Shown: positions 31,268 through 44,953, counted from the first letter of the stretch. The stretch is 64,000 nucleotides of DNA from the human T2T-CHM13v2.0 reference genome, Homo sapiens (GCF_009914755.1 NC_060945.1); one strand, 5' to 3'. Notes: generated by a model from the sequence alone, not told the origin. Numbers and translations are program-made.

Positions 31268-33428
31268 ATAGGAAGAAAGTCATCAAACTTACCCCGTTAG
31301 AGTGCATGTTACAGAACTTTAAGAAAGGTTTTGCAGAGGATTAGGGAGTTAAGCTAATCCCACAGAGGTGGAAAACTCTCTGTAATTAGAATGGCCTTCT
31401 TTTAGTGTTAGATGGCCGACCGAAGGAACTACAGATAAGGAAATAATTGGCTGTGTATTTAAGGTGGTGACAAGAGTCAGAGGACAGCTGAGACATCCAG
31501 ATCAATTTCCTTATATCGATTCATGGTTAAATATAGCAGATAAGACCGGCCTGGATCCAGCCATGTGCAGCAGCTTATCGCGAAACATATGTAGCCTGAG
31601 CTCAGCCAAGAGTGAAAGTAAGAGCAGCTTCACTGGCAGACACAGAGTTAAAGAATTCCCAAAGAGAGCAAGAAAAGTCAGTTTTGCAGGAGCTGCCAGA
31701 AAGAACAGAGATTCTTCCTCCATATGTCCCAGCCCATCCGCCTTTACCAAGTCCAACAGCCCCACAGGAGCCAGACTCAAGAGCCAGCATGCCCCAAGTT
31801 TCACCACGAAGGGGAGGATCAGAGTGTTGAGAGGCCAGGGAATGAAGTCAAGATAGTCTAGCAGGCTGTCTCAGATCTGGCGGTGCTCAAGCTCTGCAAA
31901 TGCCTCTCTAGGAGACACGAGGACCCATTTATTATGATGACCAAGGCCAAGTCCAAAGAAGGCAATGGACTTTCATCAGTCAGCCCTTTTCAACCACTGA
32001 TCTTTTAAACTTGAAACACCATACTCCCTCCTACACAGAGAAGCCTCAAGGTCTTATAGATCTGTTGCAATCCATCTTTCTGACACACAATCCAACTGAC
32101 CAGACTGCCAGCAGCTCCTTCTCACGTTATTTAACACTGAGGAGTGCCTGGGAGTAACCTAGGCAGCTCTCCGCTGGCTAGAAACCCAGGCATCAGCAGA
32201 TGCAGTGCATGCTCAGGCATACACCCAAGGTCAGTTTCCAGATTCTGGCTAGAAGCCCAGGCATCAGCAGACGCAGTGCATGCTCAGGCATGATGCAGAC
32301 AGAGTGCATGCTCAGGCATACACTCAAGGTCAGTTTCCAGACGCTGCATAGAAGCCCAGGCATCAGCAGACACAGCGCATGCTCAGGCACACACTCAAGG
32401 TCGGTTCCCGACCAAGATCCTAACTAGGACCCAGAGGATGCAACTCAGCTTCAGTGTTTGCAGAGGTACCAAGAGGCACTTCTGCAAAGACTGAGATGGT
32501 GGAAAGAAAGCCATTAATATAAAGAAGATTTCAGAAGTGCTTCAAGGAAGTGATGAAAGCCCTAGGCAGTTTTATGAAAGATTCTGTGAGGCATACTGGC
32601 TTTCACCCCGTTTGACCCTGAGGCCACTGAAAATCAGTGTATAATGAATATGTCATTTGTAGGACAGGCCCAAGGTGATATCAAATGAAATCTTCAGAAG
32701 TTAGAAAGTTTTGGCCGGGCGCGGTGGCTCACACCTGTAATCCCAGCACTTTGGGAGGCCAAGGTGGGTGGATCACGAGGTCAGCAGTTCAAGATCAGCA
32801 TGGCCATGATGGTGAAATCCCATCTCTACTAAAAATACAAAAAATTAGCTGGCAGTGGTGATAGGCACCTGTAATCCCAGCTACTTGGGAGGCAGAGGCA
32901 GAGAATTGCTTGAACCCAGGAGGCAGAGGTTGCAGTGAGCCAAGATCGTGCTACTGCACTCCAGCCTGGGAGAAAGAGTGAAACTCCGTCTGAAAAAAAA
33001 AAAAAAAAAAAAGAAGAAGAAGTTAGAAAGTTTTTCAGGTATGAATGACACCCAGATTGTAGAAGTAGCCACCAAAGTGTTGTTAACCGTGACCAGAAAT
33101 CAAAGAAAGGAGCAGACTGGAGGCTTAAGATCTGTTGGCAGCAGCCTTTATAGAAAAAGAGATTAGCAATGTAAGATGACGTGGACACAGGTGTGGACAT
33201 AGAATAAGTCAAGTTAGATAAGTATTTCAAAGTTGCCCAAGGCTAGAGAAGGATCAGTGTGCAAGATGCAAAAAGAAAGGACACTATAAAGATGAATGTC
33301 CAGAAGGCAATGAAAGAAATGGCCAAGGCCGCAAGACAAAGAGGCCATTGGCCAAAGGCTGCCGCACCTTGGAGGAACCAGATACTGATCTGATCAGGCT
33401 AGCAGGAGCTGAAAGATGTGAGGACTAA
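31268..33428 (+). pseudogene. ERV gag, defective (Alu inserted 32713-33020)
   Basis: PLECMLQNFKKGF, HPDQFPYIDSWL, KHHTPSYTEKPQ and zinc knuckle CARCKKKGHYKDEC at about 33258-33300; many stops. Confidence 0.8.
32713..33020 (+). mobile_element. Alu (AluS-like) in gag
   Basis: TSD agaagttagaaagtttt on both sides. Confidence 0.93.
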
Positions 33429-33429
33429 A

Positions 33430-34005
33430 ACAGACCACGCTTCTTCTTATTAGGCCTCCAAAAGCCCATCGTCACATTAGAAGTTTAAAGCAGCAAGATT
33501 CTGCTGTATCTAGATTATAAATTTCTCACTGATGGCTAAGCCATTATATGAAGGTACAAAAGAAAAAGAGACAGAGAGAGAGAGAGAAAAAAAAAAAACC
33601 TCTCCTCTAAAAAACGGAACAGGAGAAGGAGCCATGCCTTCGTGCCTTGTGAAAACTTGCTTATAGACTTTACCAAAATGCCCCGTGCCAGAGGCTATCC
33701 GTTTATGCTAGTGTTTATTTGCACTTTTTCAGGATAGGTTGAGGCATTCCCCACCAAGACAGAAAAGCACGAGAAATGACTAAAGTACTACTAAAAGACA
33801 TTATCCCTAGGTTTTGACAGCCTGTAACTTTAAAGTCAGACAATAGGCCAGCATTTGTAGCTGAAAGAGTGCAAGATTTAACAAGAATGTTAAAAATAAA
33901 ATAGAAGTTATACACAGCCTGTCGGCTGCAAAGTTCAAGAAAAGTAGAACGCATGAACCAGACACTCAAGCAGTTACTGAAGAAACATTGCCCAGAGACT
34001 TATCA
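33430..34005 (+). pseudogene. pro/pol remnants (protease start, RT thumb fragment, integrase core)
   Basis: RT-like NFSLMAKPLYE; integrase-like CENLLIDFTKM, G*VEAFPT, SDNRPAF and VERMNQTLKQLL. Confidence 0.8.
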
Positions 34006-35790
34006 TGAGAGGTCAAAGGAAGGTCCCCTCTTAAACCAAACCAGGGTCCCTCCCTTTAACCAAGGGCCTATTTATCTGTATTTTGATGCTTGTCAGGCAG
34101 CAGTCCAAGACTCCCCTGTCTGTGGTAACCTACCTTTAGAAAGATACTATAGAAAATGACTACAAATATGTATGCATGCCAAGAGTAACTCTATCTTCTT
34201 CCCCTAGGACCCCAGAAAAAGATTTTTGGCCTTGCATGTCGTAGCACCCTAGCACACAACAAAGGTCAATTATGCTTTTACCAAAATGCTGTTGAAACCA
34301 GATTGTGAAGCAAAAACCTGTAATCCTGTAAATTTCACCCTTCTAAAGCCAGACTTACCCATGTAGACTGCATGTTACCCCATTCATTTGTATATGCATA
34401 CATACCCAGCAATCCTCCTATATGTTATCAAACAAAGAACCCAGACCCATCCAGCCCAGCAACAGTTCCAAATCTTTAAGTCATTCTATAAGCATGTAGA
34501 CCAGAAGTTACCAGAGCCTACTCCTTTAGCCAAAAACCTGTTTGCTCAGCTGGCTGAACACACTGCCGGCAGCATGGGCGTTTCATGTTATGTTTCTAGA
34601 AAGACTAACGTAGTAGACCAATGGCCTTAGGAAGCAAAACAGTTAATGCCACAAAATAATTTGACTCTAATAGACTCTTCCTCCGAACCGATGCCCACAA
34701 GTCCAAGCGTCTGACTCTTAAAAACTTCTATTATCAGGAGATACTGTGTTGCTCCCTGAAGAAACGCTTTTACAGACGCAGTAGGAGAACTAACCTTCTT
34801 AGGACAGCAATATTATAATGAAACACTAAAGAAAACTTTGTGGCGAGGCAGAGATGACTCCAAAGCACCTCAACCAAATCCGTTCTCCTGTTTCTCTCCT
34901 CTAAACCACACCTAGTATCAGCTTGAAGCTCGAAATACTTGGCAAGCGCCCCTTGGTCTTTATTGGCATCTGTAAGCCACAGGCATATCGACAGTTGCCA
35001 GCTAAATGGACAAAGTCCTGTGTGTTTGAAACAATTAGACCATCTTTCCTCCTACTCCCACTGCAACAGGGAGAAACTTTAAGGTATCCCGTCTATGATG
35101 AAGTTAGAAGAAGAAGCAAAAGAGATGCAGACATAAAAAGAGATACAGAAATAGGAAATTAGAAAGACACAGATTACCCCCCTAAAAGAATAATTCAATA
35201 CTATAGGCCAGCTACCTAGGCACAAGATAGGTCATGAGGGTACCGCACTCCTATTTACATGCTTAGCCATATCATAAGGTTGAAGGCAGTACTTGAAATG
35301 ATCACTAATGAAACAGCAAAAGCATTAGATTTACTGGCCCAGCAAGCCACAAAAATGAAGAATGTTATTTATCACAACAGATTAGCTTTATACTATTAGC
35401 TAGGAAGCCCAGGAAGGAGGAGAATGTGGAAGGTTCAATCTAACTAATTTCTGCCTGGAAATCGATGACAATGGAACGGCAATTATAGAAATAACTGCAA
35501 GAATGAGAAAATTACCCCATGTTCCAGTTCGAACTTGGAAAAGTTAGTCTCCAGATTCCCTCTTTGGAGGCTGGTTTTCCTCCTTCAGTGGATTCAAGAC
35601 TTCAATAAGAATAGTCCTGGCCATACTAAGAGTTTGCCCAGTACTCCCTTCCCTCTTACCCCTCCTTGTTAGAAGCATTCAATCAACTATAGAGGCAAAA
35701 GCAGCTAAGCAAACTACCACTCAGCTAATGGATCTATATAAATATCAGCCTGTGCCTAAAGAAGAAAACTTGTCTCTTCAGGCAGAATTA
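34006..35790 (+). pseudogene. ERV3-like env, 5'-deleted with multiple stops
   Basis: [55 protein letters not shown] (furin site) and [14 protein letters not shown] closely parallel ERV3-1 Env. Confidence 0.88.
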
Positions 35791-35848
35791 AGTAATAGTG
35801 ATGCCTTCTATTAAACTTCTTTTATAAAAGACATCAAAAGGAGGAAAC

Positions 35849-36409
35849 TGAGGCAGAAATTTAAAAATAAATAAGCATTCATTCACTCCAAGAAAAGTAA
35901 CAGGCAAGGCAAAGGTTAAAAAGAAAAGAACAAGTTTTCCTCTGCCTAGTAAGCTCACTTCAAAGACAGTTATAACACTGTTTGAGAAGCCAAGGCCAAA
36001 GGAATAGGCTCCAGACAACTCCCACTTCCAGAGCAAAGTGAAAAGAAAAAAAACAAGAAAGAAAGACAAATTCCTTTACTGTTACTCCTTTCCCTGGCTT
36101 CTTAAGCATGATGATGTTTTACAAATTTCTGTATTTAGCCAGTTCTTATTTTTCTTTTGATGCAGCTACAAGGCCACTAGCCATGCAAGGCCACAAGTTA
36201 TGCCAAGTCAACAGTTATGCTATAGATTACGTGACCTGTCACTGTAGGATTAACTGCTTTTGTTTTGCTTCTGTAAGTTTGCTTAGAAAAGCCCTGCTCA
36301 GTCTTTGTTCAGTGCTCATATTTTTAGATATGAATCCACGAATCCAGTGAGTACCCTAAAATAAACAATCATCCTGTTCTCCATATCGGTCTCTCTAGTC
36401 CTCTATTTC
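35849..36409 (+). mobile_element. HERV3-family 3' LTR
   Basis: PPT aaaaggaggaaac then tgaggcagaaattt; 3' part matches the 5' LTR remnant (aataaacaatc..cctgttctccatatc.gtctctctagtcctc). Confidence 0.85.
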
Positions 36410-36443
36410 ATATTGGTCTCTCTATTCTCTTTAGTCCTCTAGT

Positions 36444-36710
<267 letters not shown>

Positions 36711-36849
36711 GTTTTTTTCTGTGACAGCAACACTTAGAACTAAAAAAAAAAAAAAAAAAAGTAAGATTACTTGCTAATATAATTGACTAGTTGGCCGGCA
36801 TTCGAATTTTCCCAATATTTGCACAGTGTGCCTAGTTGTCAAGCCAGGA

Positions 36850-37560
36850 TTTAATAACCAGATTCCACGTCTGCCAGGCGGACAGACACCAATCCCTATC
36901 CATCCTCGGCTCCCGCTTGGAACAGAATTTCCCGCCTCAATACTGCAATGTCTAGTGGGAAATGCAGTCTCGGCTTCCAATGACGTCACCAGCACAGGAC
37001 GGTGGGAAGGGCTCTTTGCTCAAACGCCGCCCCGCCCACTCCCGCCATCTTCCGTCAGAGAATCCCGGCTCCTGCTGCAATAAGAGGCTGTTCTGGAAGC
37101 TCTGGGGTTCGGGTCTTTGTCCCTGCAGGTTGGTGGTGGGATGAAACAGGAGACAGCGGGCTTGGAGGCACCACTGGGAGGCGGGACCGACGTGCCACAG
37201 TTGGTGGGAGCAGAGGCGTGGGCACATATTGAGGGGGCGGGGCCTGACGCACAGGTGCGGGCCGCGGACCCCGGCTGGGGCTGAAAGGGCGGCGCTGCTG
37301 GGAGGGCGGGCGTGGAATCCCCGCACTGAAGCCAGTTCCAGAGGCGCCAAAGCGGCTGGGCGAAGCCGGTGGCGCGGGAAAGGGGTCTGCAGACCGCCCG
37401 AGCCTGGGAGGTCTGCGGGGAGGCTGCGCTCCGGCACTGCATGGACCTTGTGCAGCATTCCGTGCACGCCATTGTAAGATCAGCATATGGACAGTTCTAG
37501 GGAGATGCCCCTCATTCCCAGAAGAGGACTACGAAATGCGTGCACACCGTCCTACTGCCT
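36850..37560. promoter_or_regulatory. CpG island / Pol II promoter
   Basis: CpG-dense non-repeat sequence; TTTCCCGCC 36928, ZNF143-like motif 36942-36969, CRE TGACGTCA 36981-36988, GC boxes near 37030 and 37234, YY1 CCGCCATCTT 37042-37051. Confidence 0.85.
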
Positions 37561-37657
37561 GGCGAGTGTATTAGTAGGGTTTCCCGGTGTCTTTCAGCAA
37601 GTGAAGATTCTCCTTGTGTCCCATTCCTACGCATCCCATCCATGTTTTAGTTTATAG

Positions 37658-37728
37658 GAGTTTATAAAAGATCTGGTTTCTAGGGAAGTTGGGGATCCAG
37701 ATGATGGTCCTGTTTTCTGTGTAATAAG
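37658..37728 (+). ncRNA. Candidate non-coding exon
   Basis: Possible acceptor gttttagtttatag and consensus donor AAG/GTAAGT at 37728/37729. Confidence 0.35.
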
Positions 37729-38172
37729 GTAAGTACAAAGTTTGGAAGAGGGCGCCTTTTAGGAATCCCACCTGAAAGAACCCCTCTTTGGACAAACCTT
37801 CTCACTGGTACTTCAAAGCAGAGGAAGCGTCACAGGTGAAGATTCCAGTTTGTATGACCCAAGCAGTTATTTTCCCACTCCCCAGAGTGGCCAAGATTTG
37901 GTTGATAAGACCTTATCCAGTAGCTCTCAAACACTGGGTGGTAGCGGAAGGTTTGGACCAACATTCAGAAGGAAGAGGGGAGTTTGGCTGCGAATGCAGG
38001 CAAGGGCCAAAGAGATGTGACTTATTGGAGGGGACTTAATAGTGTGGTCTTCGGTGGAAAAATAACCTGTTACTCCTGAGAGGATCTGTCTGGAGTACTC
38101 TGTAAAGACACTTTCATTCCTTCAATCTTTTCTCATTGTTTCTAGTGGCTGAACTTTCTTAAAAGTAGTGTA

Positions 38173-38448
<276 letters not shown>

Positions 38449-38838
38449 CTTGTCACCAAATGTAGCATCCAGTCACGAAATTTAGCATCTAGTGATATGC
38501 CAAAGCTCCCTCTATCCTGGTAGCTCTTCCTGGTAGTTCAGTAAGCGTTTGCCAAACTATTTCTATCTTATGAGAAAGATGAAAAAAATTTGGCTTTGAG
38601 GAGCTGGGACTTGCCAGGGTCACATGATATACAGATGTTATGCATCCTGACTTTTTGGCTAGTGTTACTCATTTTGCCCCAGTTAAGTCAAAACTTTTTT
38701 TTCCTTTTTTTTTTTTTTAGATTTTTGTTGACACTGAAGTCAACTAAGAACAAACATTGCTTTAAAATACTTTCTCAGCCGCTCCCTGCCTGACCAAACC
38801 CTCCCACTGGAAAAAATAATAATAAAGTACTTTCCCTT

Positions 38839-39140
38839 GCCGGGTGCAGTGTCTCACAGCCATAATCATAGCATTTTGGGAGGCCAAGACAGGAGGATCG
38901 CTTGCACCCAGGAGTTTGAGACTAGTCTTGGCCACATAGGGAGACCCTATGTGTTTACAAAAAAAAAAAAAAAAAATTTAGCTGGTCGTGGTGGCATGCA
39001 CCTGTGGCTCTAACTACTTGGGGGGCTGAGGTGGGAAGATCACTTGAGCCCAGGAGGGCGAAGTTACAGTGAGCTATGGTTGTGCCACTGCACTCCAGCT
39101 TGGGTGACAGAATGAGACTCTGTCTCAAACCAACCAACCA
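38839..39140 (+). mobile_element. Alu (AluJ-like)
   Basis: Dimeric Alu with an (AACC)n tail. Confidence 0.9.
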
Positions 39141-39671
39141 AGCAGAAACATTTCCTTAACCATCTCTGTTCCTTTTTATACCCAACTCTTTCTGTGAATT
39201 ATGTGACCTCAAGGACAAATGACACAAGTGTTTACCGCTCAGTGTCAGTAATCTGTTCTTGGAAATTATAAATTCTGTAGGAAAACAATAGAGTATTTTA
39301 CATATTTAAAAAGGGAAGATTAGACAGTGTCTCACTTCTATTCCAACCAGTATCTTAAAACTTAAGTAAAATACAGTACAATGCTCACTTGTAAGAGATC
39401 CTTTTTTTGCATTTTTTTAAAGTCAACAGACATTTTTATGATGTAAAGAACCTTAAAGCACAGTTTACTAATATGCAAAGAGTTGCTTTTTATGATTCAC
39501 ATGGTATCTTAGCACTAGCAGTCTCACTGATTTCCATCAAGTTGGCATTTATTGTGATTTACAAAACTTCTACATGAGGTTGTGACGTTCTAGTGATTGT
39601 ATTTGACAAGTAACTTCACATTATCTCCTTCACATGATTTTCTTAAAAACATTAAGTTCTGGTGGCTTAGG

Positions 39672-40040
39672 TGTATCAGTTACTGTTTTCTGTGTAAAGA
39701 ACCAACGAAACTCAATGGCTTAAAAAGAAGTTCTGTTGATTCACATTTTGGTGTGTGTTCACCTGGGCATTTCCTTTGCTAATGTTGTCTGGATCACAAA
39801 TGAGGCTTTGGTCATCTGGTGCCTTCACTCGCATGTCTGGTGGTTCATGCTGACACTTGTTCAAGAAGGCAAGCACCAGTGGGCAAGTACTTTTCCAACC
39901 TACATTTTCATCATATTTTCTATGTCCCATTGGCCAAAGCAAGTCAAATGACAGAGCCCCATTTGTTATCAGAGCACACTCTATGAGGTCTTAGATACAG
40001 GGAGACTTGTCACTAGGAAACATTACTAAAACAGTATATC
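39672..40040 (-). mobile_element. MLT1 MaLR LTR
   Basis: tgtatcagttac...aaactcaatggcttaaaa...cccattggccaaagcaagtca motifs. Confidence 0.65.
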
Positions 40041-40521
40041 CCAAGAAATATACAATATGTACATTTTTCCCCCTATATAATTGTAGGCAAAAAATGTTGG
40101 GTTGCAAGATACATCCTTTCAATGATGCTTAGGTATATAAAAGATGCATCCTTTCAATGATGCATAGGTATAAAAGCAAGATGTGTTCTAGTGGAAACAC
40201 CTATATGGAATCATGTAGAATCTCCATATTAGTAGTGAAATAGTTAATGCAGCTGAATTATATTTCTATAATATTAATTTCATTGAAGACTAAATGTATA
40301 TTTCTTTGTTTTAAATTATTACATTGTTTTTTGGATAAATTAATTGTCCCTAAATCAGTAGGTAATACATGCTTTCATTAATCCCAAAATAAATTGTATG
40401 TATCTCTACTAGTTAATATACTTGTGGGTACATCTTCAGTGGGATATTTGTTGTCCCTTATTGAGGCATGAATGACTATTCTGTCACAGGGAGGTTTTTT
40501 TGTTGTTTTAGTCTTTTCCAG

Positions 40522-40669
40522 CTATTGTGTAGAGCATTTTGGGCAGGAGAATCTAGGACCAAGCCACATCAGTTCTCTCCTTAACCCACTCCATTCGACT
40601 GTTATCACAGCTATGCTTCCAGAGTGCTCTGTGCATTTTCACGATCAGCAAACAATGAATAAATCTCTG
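40522..40669 (+). ncRNA. Candidate non-coding internal exon (148 bp)
   Basis: Pyrimidine-rich acceptor gttttagtcttttccag and donor CTG/GTGAGT in non-repeat DNA. Confidence 0.45.
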
Positions 40670-41440
40670 GTGAGTCATTTGTTTATATATTCCTCACTTT
40701 GTTTTACATTGTATTTTTTGCCTTTATGGAGTCCATGGATTAAAATGAAAAGATAGAAATAAGTAAAATTCAGGTTAAAGGAAATACACATTAATAAAAT
40801 AATGCTGGCATGTAGACATATGCAGGTTATAAGCTATAGAACTTGAGTACAAATGTGTCTCTGGTCTTTCCGATGCTGCAACAAAGAGGCAGTCACATTT
40901 GTTACGTGATTGGAATGGAACCTGGAAAGAGTGTATGTTCCATTCTCATGGGACAGGAAGACTTGCTGTCACCAAAGTCTGGAACACTGACTGCATTGGT
41001 CACAGAGATGATGTAGTGAAAAGGTTTTTTTACTGCCAACCTGGAAGTAAACACTTTTAGCATTTTGCAGTATAAATAGTCACTTAGTGCTAAAGCATAA
41101 CTCCTGTAATGAGGTTTTTCTGGTTGCTGAAACAGTGTGGTCCCAGACAGCTTTTGGAAGGCCCTACTTGATTCATGGCTAAATCCTAGAACATCTGGAG
41201 GATTGAGTTGACCACAGGTCCTTAACTAACCCCCCATACATTTCTGTCAATTCATCTGTACATGGAGAATTTGTAGCAGATTGTTCACAATTGTATTCTC
41301 TGACAAATATTTCCACTGCTCACTTGCACTTTCATTCAATGTAGTCTTAATTGGTTTATTCTAATGCTACCCATTAACCCAAATTATATGCAACTCCAAT
41401 GGCTATACTCTAGTCTGCCTTACTTGAATCTTGTGCCGTA

Positions 41441-41806
41441 CAGTAATCCCCTTTATCCACAGTTTTGCTTTCTGTTGTTTCAGTTCCCTGTAGTCAACTG
41501 CAGACAGAAAAGACAATAAGATATTTTGAATATCTTGAATATTTTGATATTTTGAATATGTTGAATACAGTAGAATAAGATATTTTGAGACACCACATTC
41601 CTATAACTTTTAGTATAGTATGTTGACCTAATTGTTCCATTTTATTGTCGGTAATATCATACTGTGCCTAATTTATAAATTAAACTGTCAAGGGTGTGTA
41701 TATATAGGAAAAAACATAGTGTATATAGGGTTTGGTACTATACACAGTTTCAGGGACCCACTAGGGGACCTGGAATGTATCCCTCATGGATAAGGGGGGA
41801 TTCCTG
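41441..41806 (+). mobile_element. Tigger3/MER8-like TcMar element
   Basis: TIRs cagtaatcccctttatcc / ggataaggggggattcctg, preceded by TA. Confidence 0.75.
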
Positions 41807-42070
41807 CATTTCAAATTATTGTTCATGATCTTCTCCTGGAAATTCTTCTGTGTTAGTTTCTATCATGACCTCACTGATGCTGCTTGTCTTTTTTTCCTGA
41901 ATTCTTCTACTTCTCCTTTACATAGCTTATCCAGTTGTTTCATCCAATTCCCCATCCATCCCAATGTGCAGTTCTTTTTTTGTTGTTGGTTGTTTGTTTA
42001 TTACCAGTTCTGCTGTCTGTGTTGTAGCAGTTGTGTTTCTCTCCAGCTTGGACTTCTCCGGCCTTTAGAC

Positions 42071-42393
42071 CAGGGATCCCCAACCCCCAGGCCATGGACT
42101 GCTCCAATGTGTGTCCTGTGAGGAACTGCGCTGCACAGCAGGAGATGAGTAGCAGGCAAGCAAGAATTACTGCCTGCACTCTGCCTCCTGTCAGATGAAT
42201 GACAGCATTAAATTCTCACAGGAGCATGAACCCTATTGTGAAATATGCATGTGAGGGATCTAGGTTACCTGCTCCTTATGAGAATCTAATGTCTGATGAA
42301 CAATTTCATCCCAAAACCATCCCCCCTCACACCCTGGTATATGGAAAAATTGTCTTTCACAAAACCTGGTGCCAAAAAGTTTGGGGATCACTG
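42071..42393 (+). mobile_element. MER1B
   Basis: TIRs cagggatcccca / tggggatcactg; 8-bp TSD ctttagac / ctctagac. Confidence 0.88.
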
Positions 42394-42773
42394 CTCTAGA
42401 CCACAGGTTCAGCTCTCCATTGAATGATTCTTTGTAGCTATCCGAAAGGCACCTCAAGCTTAAATCCAAAATGAAATTATATCCTTCTCTTTTCCTTTAC
42501 ATACAGTATTAGATTAGACAGTAATTAGCTTCTACGTCTCAATAAGAGGAATAGTAAGAATCTTTATCAGTCTTTAATAAACCACAGTTTTCCCTCTGGC
42601 TACAAATTGTTTACATTCCTTCCACATGCGAAATATACTTACCTGTAGAGATAAGTATTCACCCATCGAACTGACACCACAAACAGTGTGATAAACAACC
42701 TTTGCCTCCACAAATTTCTTCCCCCCTCCCTGCCCCTTTTGGGATACAACCATCTGACTTAAGATATATTCTC

Positions 42774-43158
42774 TGTATAAGTCCATTCTCCCATTGCTAT
42801 AAAAAACTACCTCAGACTGGGTAATTTATAAAGAAAAGAGGTTTAATTTGCTCACAGTTCCACAGACTGTAGAGGAAGCATGGCTGGGGAGGCCTCATGA
42901 AACTTACAATTATGGTGTAAGATGAAGGGGAAGCAGGCACGTCCTATGTGTCTGGAGCAGGAGAAAGTGGGTGGTGAAGAGGGAGGTTCTATACACTTTT
43001 AACAACCAGATCTCGTGAGAATTTACTAACAGGAGAACAGCAAGGGGCAAGTCTGCCCCCTGATCTAGTCACCTCCCACCAGGCCCCTCCTACAGCCAGC
43101 CTTGAGGCTTACAATTTGACATGAGATTTGGGCAAGTAAACAAATCGAAACAATACCA
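42774..43158 (-). mobile_element. MST/THE1 MaLR LTR inserted in an L1M 3' end
   Basis: gactgggtaatttataaagaaaagaggtttaatt...acatgagatttggg; TSD-like ttctc / tcctc. Confidence 0.85.
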
Positions 43159-43399
43159 TCCTCTTAACAAATTTTTAAGTATGCAATTCCGTATTAACTA
43201 CAGGCTTTGATCTGTAGATTCGATATTTAGAACTTACTCATTGCATAACTAAAACTTATACCCTGCGACCAATACCCCCCCAGTTACCCTTCCCCCTCAG
43301 CCCTTGGTAACCACGATTCAGCTCTATGTTTGTGTAAGTTTAACTGTTTTACATTTTTATATACTTGGAGTTCCTCAGGCTGTACAGGAAGCATGGCTT

Positions 43400-43714
43400 C
43401 ATTTGAGCTGGAACAACAGCATCCTTCAGACTTGGTAATTAATAAAGGACAGAAATTTATTCTTAACAGTTCTGGAAGCTGGGAAGTCCAGGATCAAGGC
43501 ACTGTCATCTGGTGCCTGATGAGAGACTTCTTCCTGCATCCTTACATGGTGGAAGACAAAAGAGTGGCAGAGAATGAATATACTCCCAGTCCATTCGAGA
43601 GGGAAGAGCCCTCACCTCATCACTTCCCTGAGGCCTCACCTTCTAATACTATCACCTTGGTGATAAGATTTCAACATAGGAATTAGAGGGGAATACATAC
43701 ATCCAGACTATTGC
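43400..43714 (-). mobile_element. MaLR LTR fragment (MSTC/MLT1A-like)
   Basis: cagaaatttattcttaacagttctggaagctgggaagtccaggatcaagg...catccagactattgca. Confidence 0.65.
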
Positions 43715-44953
43715 AGATGGGATTATGTAATACTTTGTTCCTGTTTGGCTTATTTCTTAGCACAATATCTTTCTGGTATGTGCATGTTTCTGCAAATGGC
43801 AAGATTTTCTTCCTTTTTAAGGCTGAGTAATAATTCATTGCATGTATAGACCACATTTTCTTTATGCATTCATTATTAGTGAGAGTTCTTATTACAAATG
43901 GGGAAGTGGTTTTTAATATTGATTTAATTTTTGTTATTAAAAACATTTTTAGATGGTTAGATTCCTTTTTAGAATAAATATACTTCATTAGTTAAGGCAG
44001 TTTTAACTTCACAGCAGAATTAAGAAGTACATAGATTTCCTATATACCCTAATGCACATATATATGTAGCCTTCGCCCTTTTCAACACCTCCCCCAACCA
44101 TGGTAGTACCTTTGTTAAAAAGAGGAACCTACATTGAGACATCATAGTTGTCCAAAGGCCATAGTTTACATTAGGGTTTACTCTTGTGGTTTTACATGCT
44201 ATGGGTTTGAGTAAATGTATAATGACATGTATCCAGCCTTATAGTACCTCACAGAACACTTTGTTCTAAAAGTCATCCCTGCTCTTCCTGTTTATTACAT
44301 ATCATCCCCTTAACCCTGCAAACCATCTCCATCATTTCGCATGTTACATAGTTGCAGTTATATAGTAAGTAGCCTTTTCAGACTGCCTTCTTTTACTTAG
44401 TAATATGCTTTTAAGTTTCCTCATCTTTTGAGGACAAGATAGCCCATTTCTTTTTAGTGCTGAATTATGTTCTATTGTGTGTACCATAGTTTATCCATTC
44501 ACTTACTGAAGGGCATCTTGGTTGCTTCCAAATTTTAGTTATTTTGAATAAAGCTGCTATAAATCCCTGTTCACAGGTTTTTATGATAGCATTTATTTTC
44601 ACTTACTTTGGGTAACTACCAAGGGATGCAGTTGCTGGATCATATGGTGAGAATATGTTTATTTTTCTAAGAACAAATTGTCCTCCAACTGAGTGACTGT
44701 ACCGCTTTGCATTTCCACAGTCTGAATGAGAGTTCCTGTTGCTGCACATTCTCAATATCAGTTGTTGTCAGTGCTCCAGATTTTGGCCATTCTACTAGGT
44801 ATGTAGCAGTATCTCATTGTTTTAATATGTTACCCTAACGTTACACAATATAATGCATTCTTTTATGAGTTTATTTCCTATATGGTTCTCATAATTGGTG
44901 AGGTATCTGTTAAGGTCTTTGGTCTATTTTATTAGGTGGTTTTCTTACTGTAC
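43715..44953 (-). mobile_element. Old L1M 3' fragments
   Basis: aaggctgagtaataattcattg, tttatccattcacttactgaagggcatcttggttgcttcca, tatctcattgttt. Confidence 0.8.

Noticed and set aside
34006-35790. A domesticated (ERV3-1 or syncytin-like) env gene
   Set aside because: The signal peptide region is deleted and there are many stops and frameshifts; this is not the ERV3-1 locus itself.
36952-37486. Overlapping 143-171 aa ORFs in the CpG island
   Set aside because: Stop-poor frames are expected in GC-rich DNA; low-complexity Pro/Arg/Ala composition and no recognisable domain.
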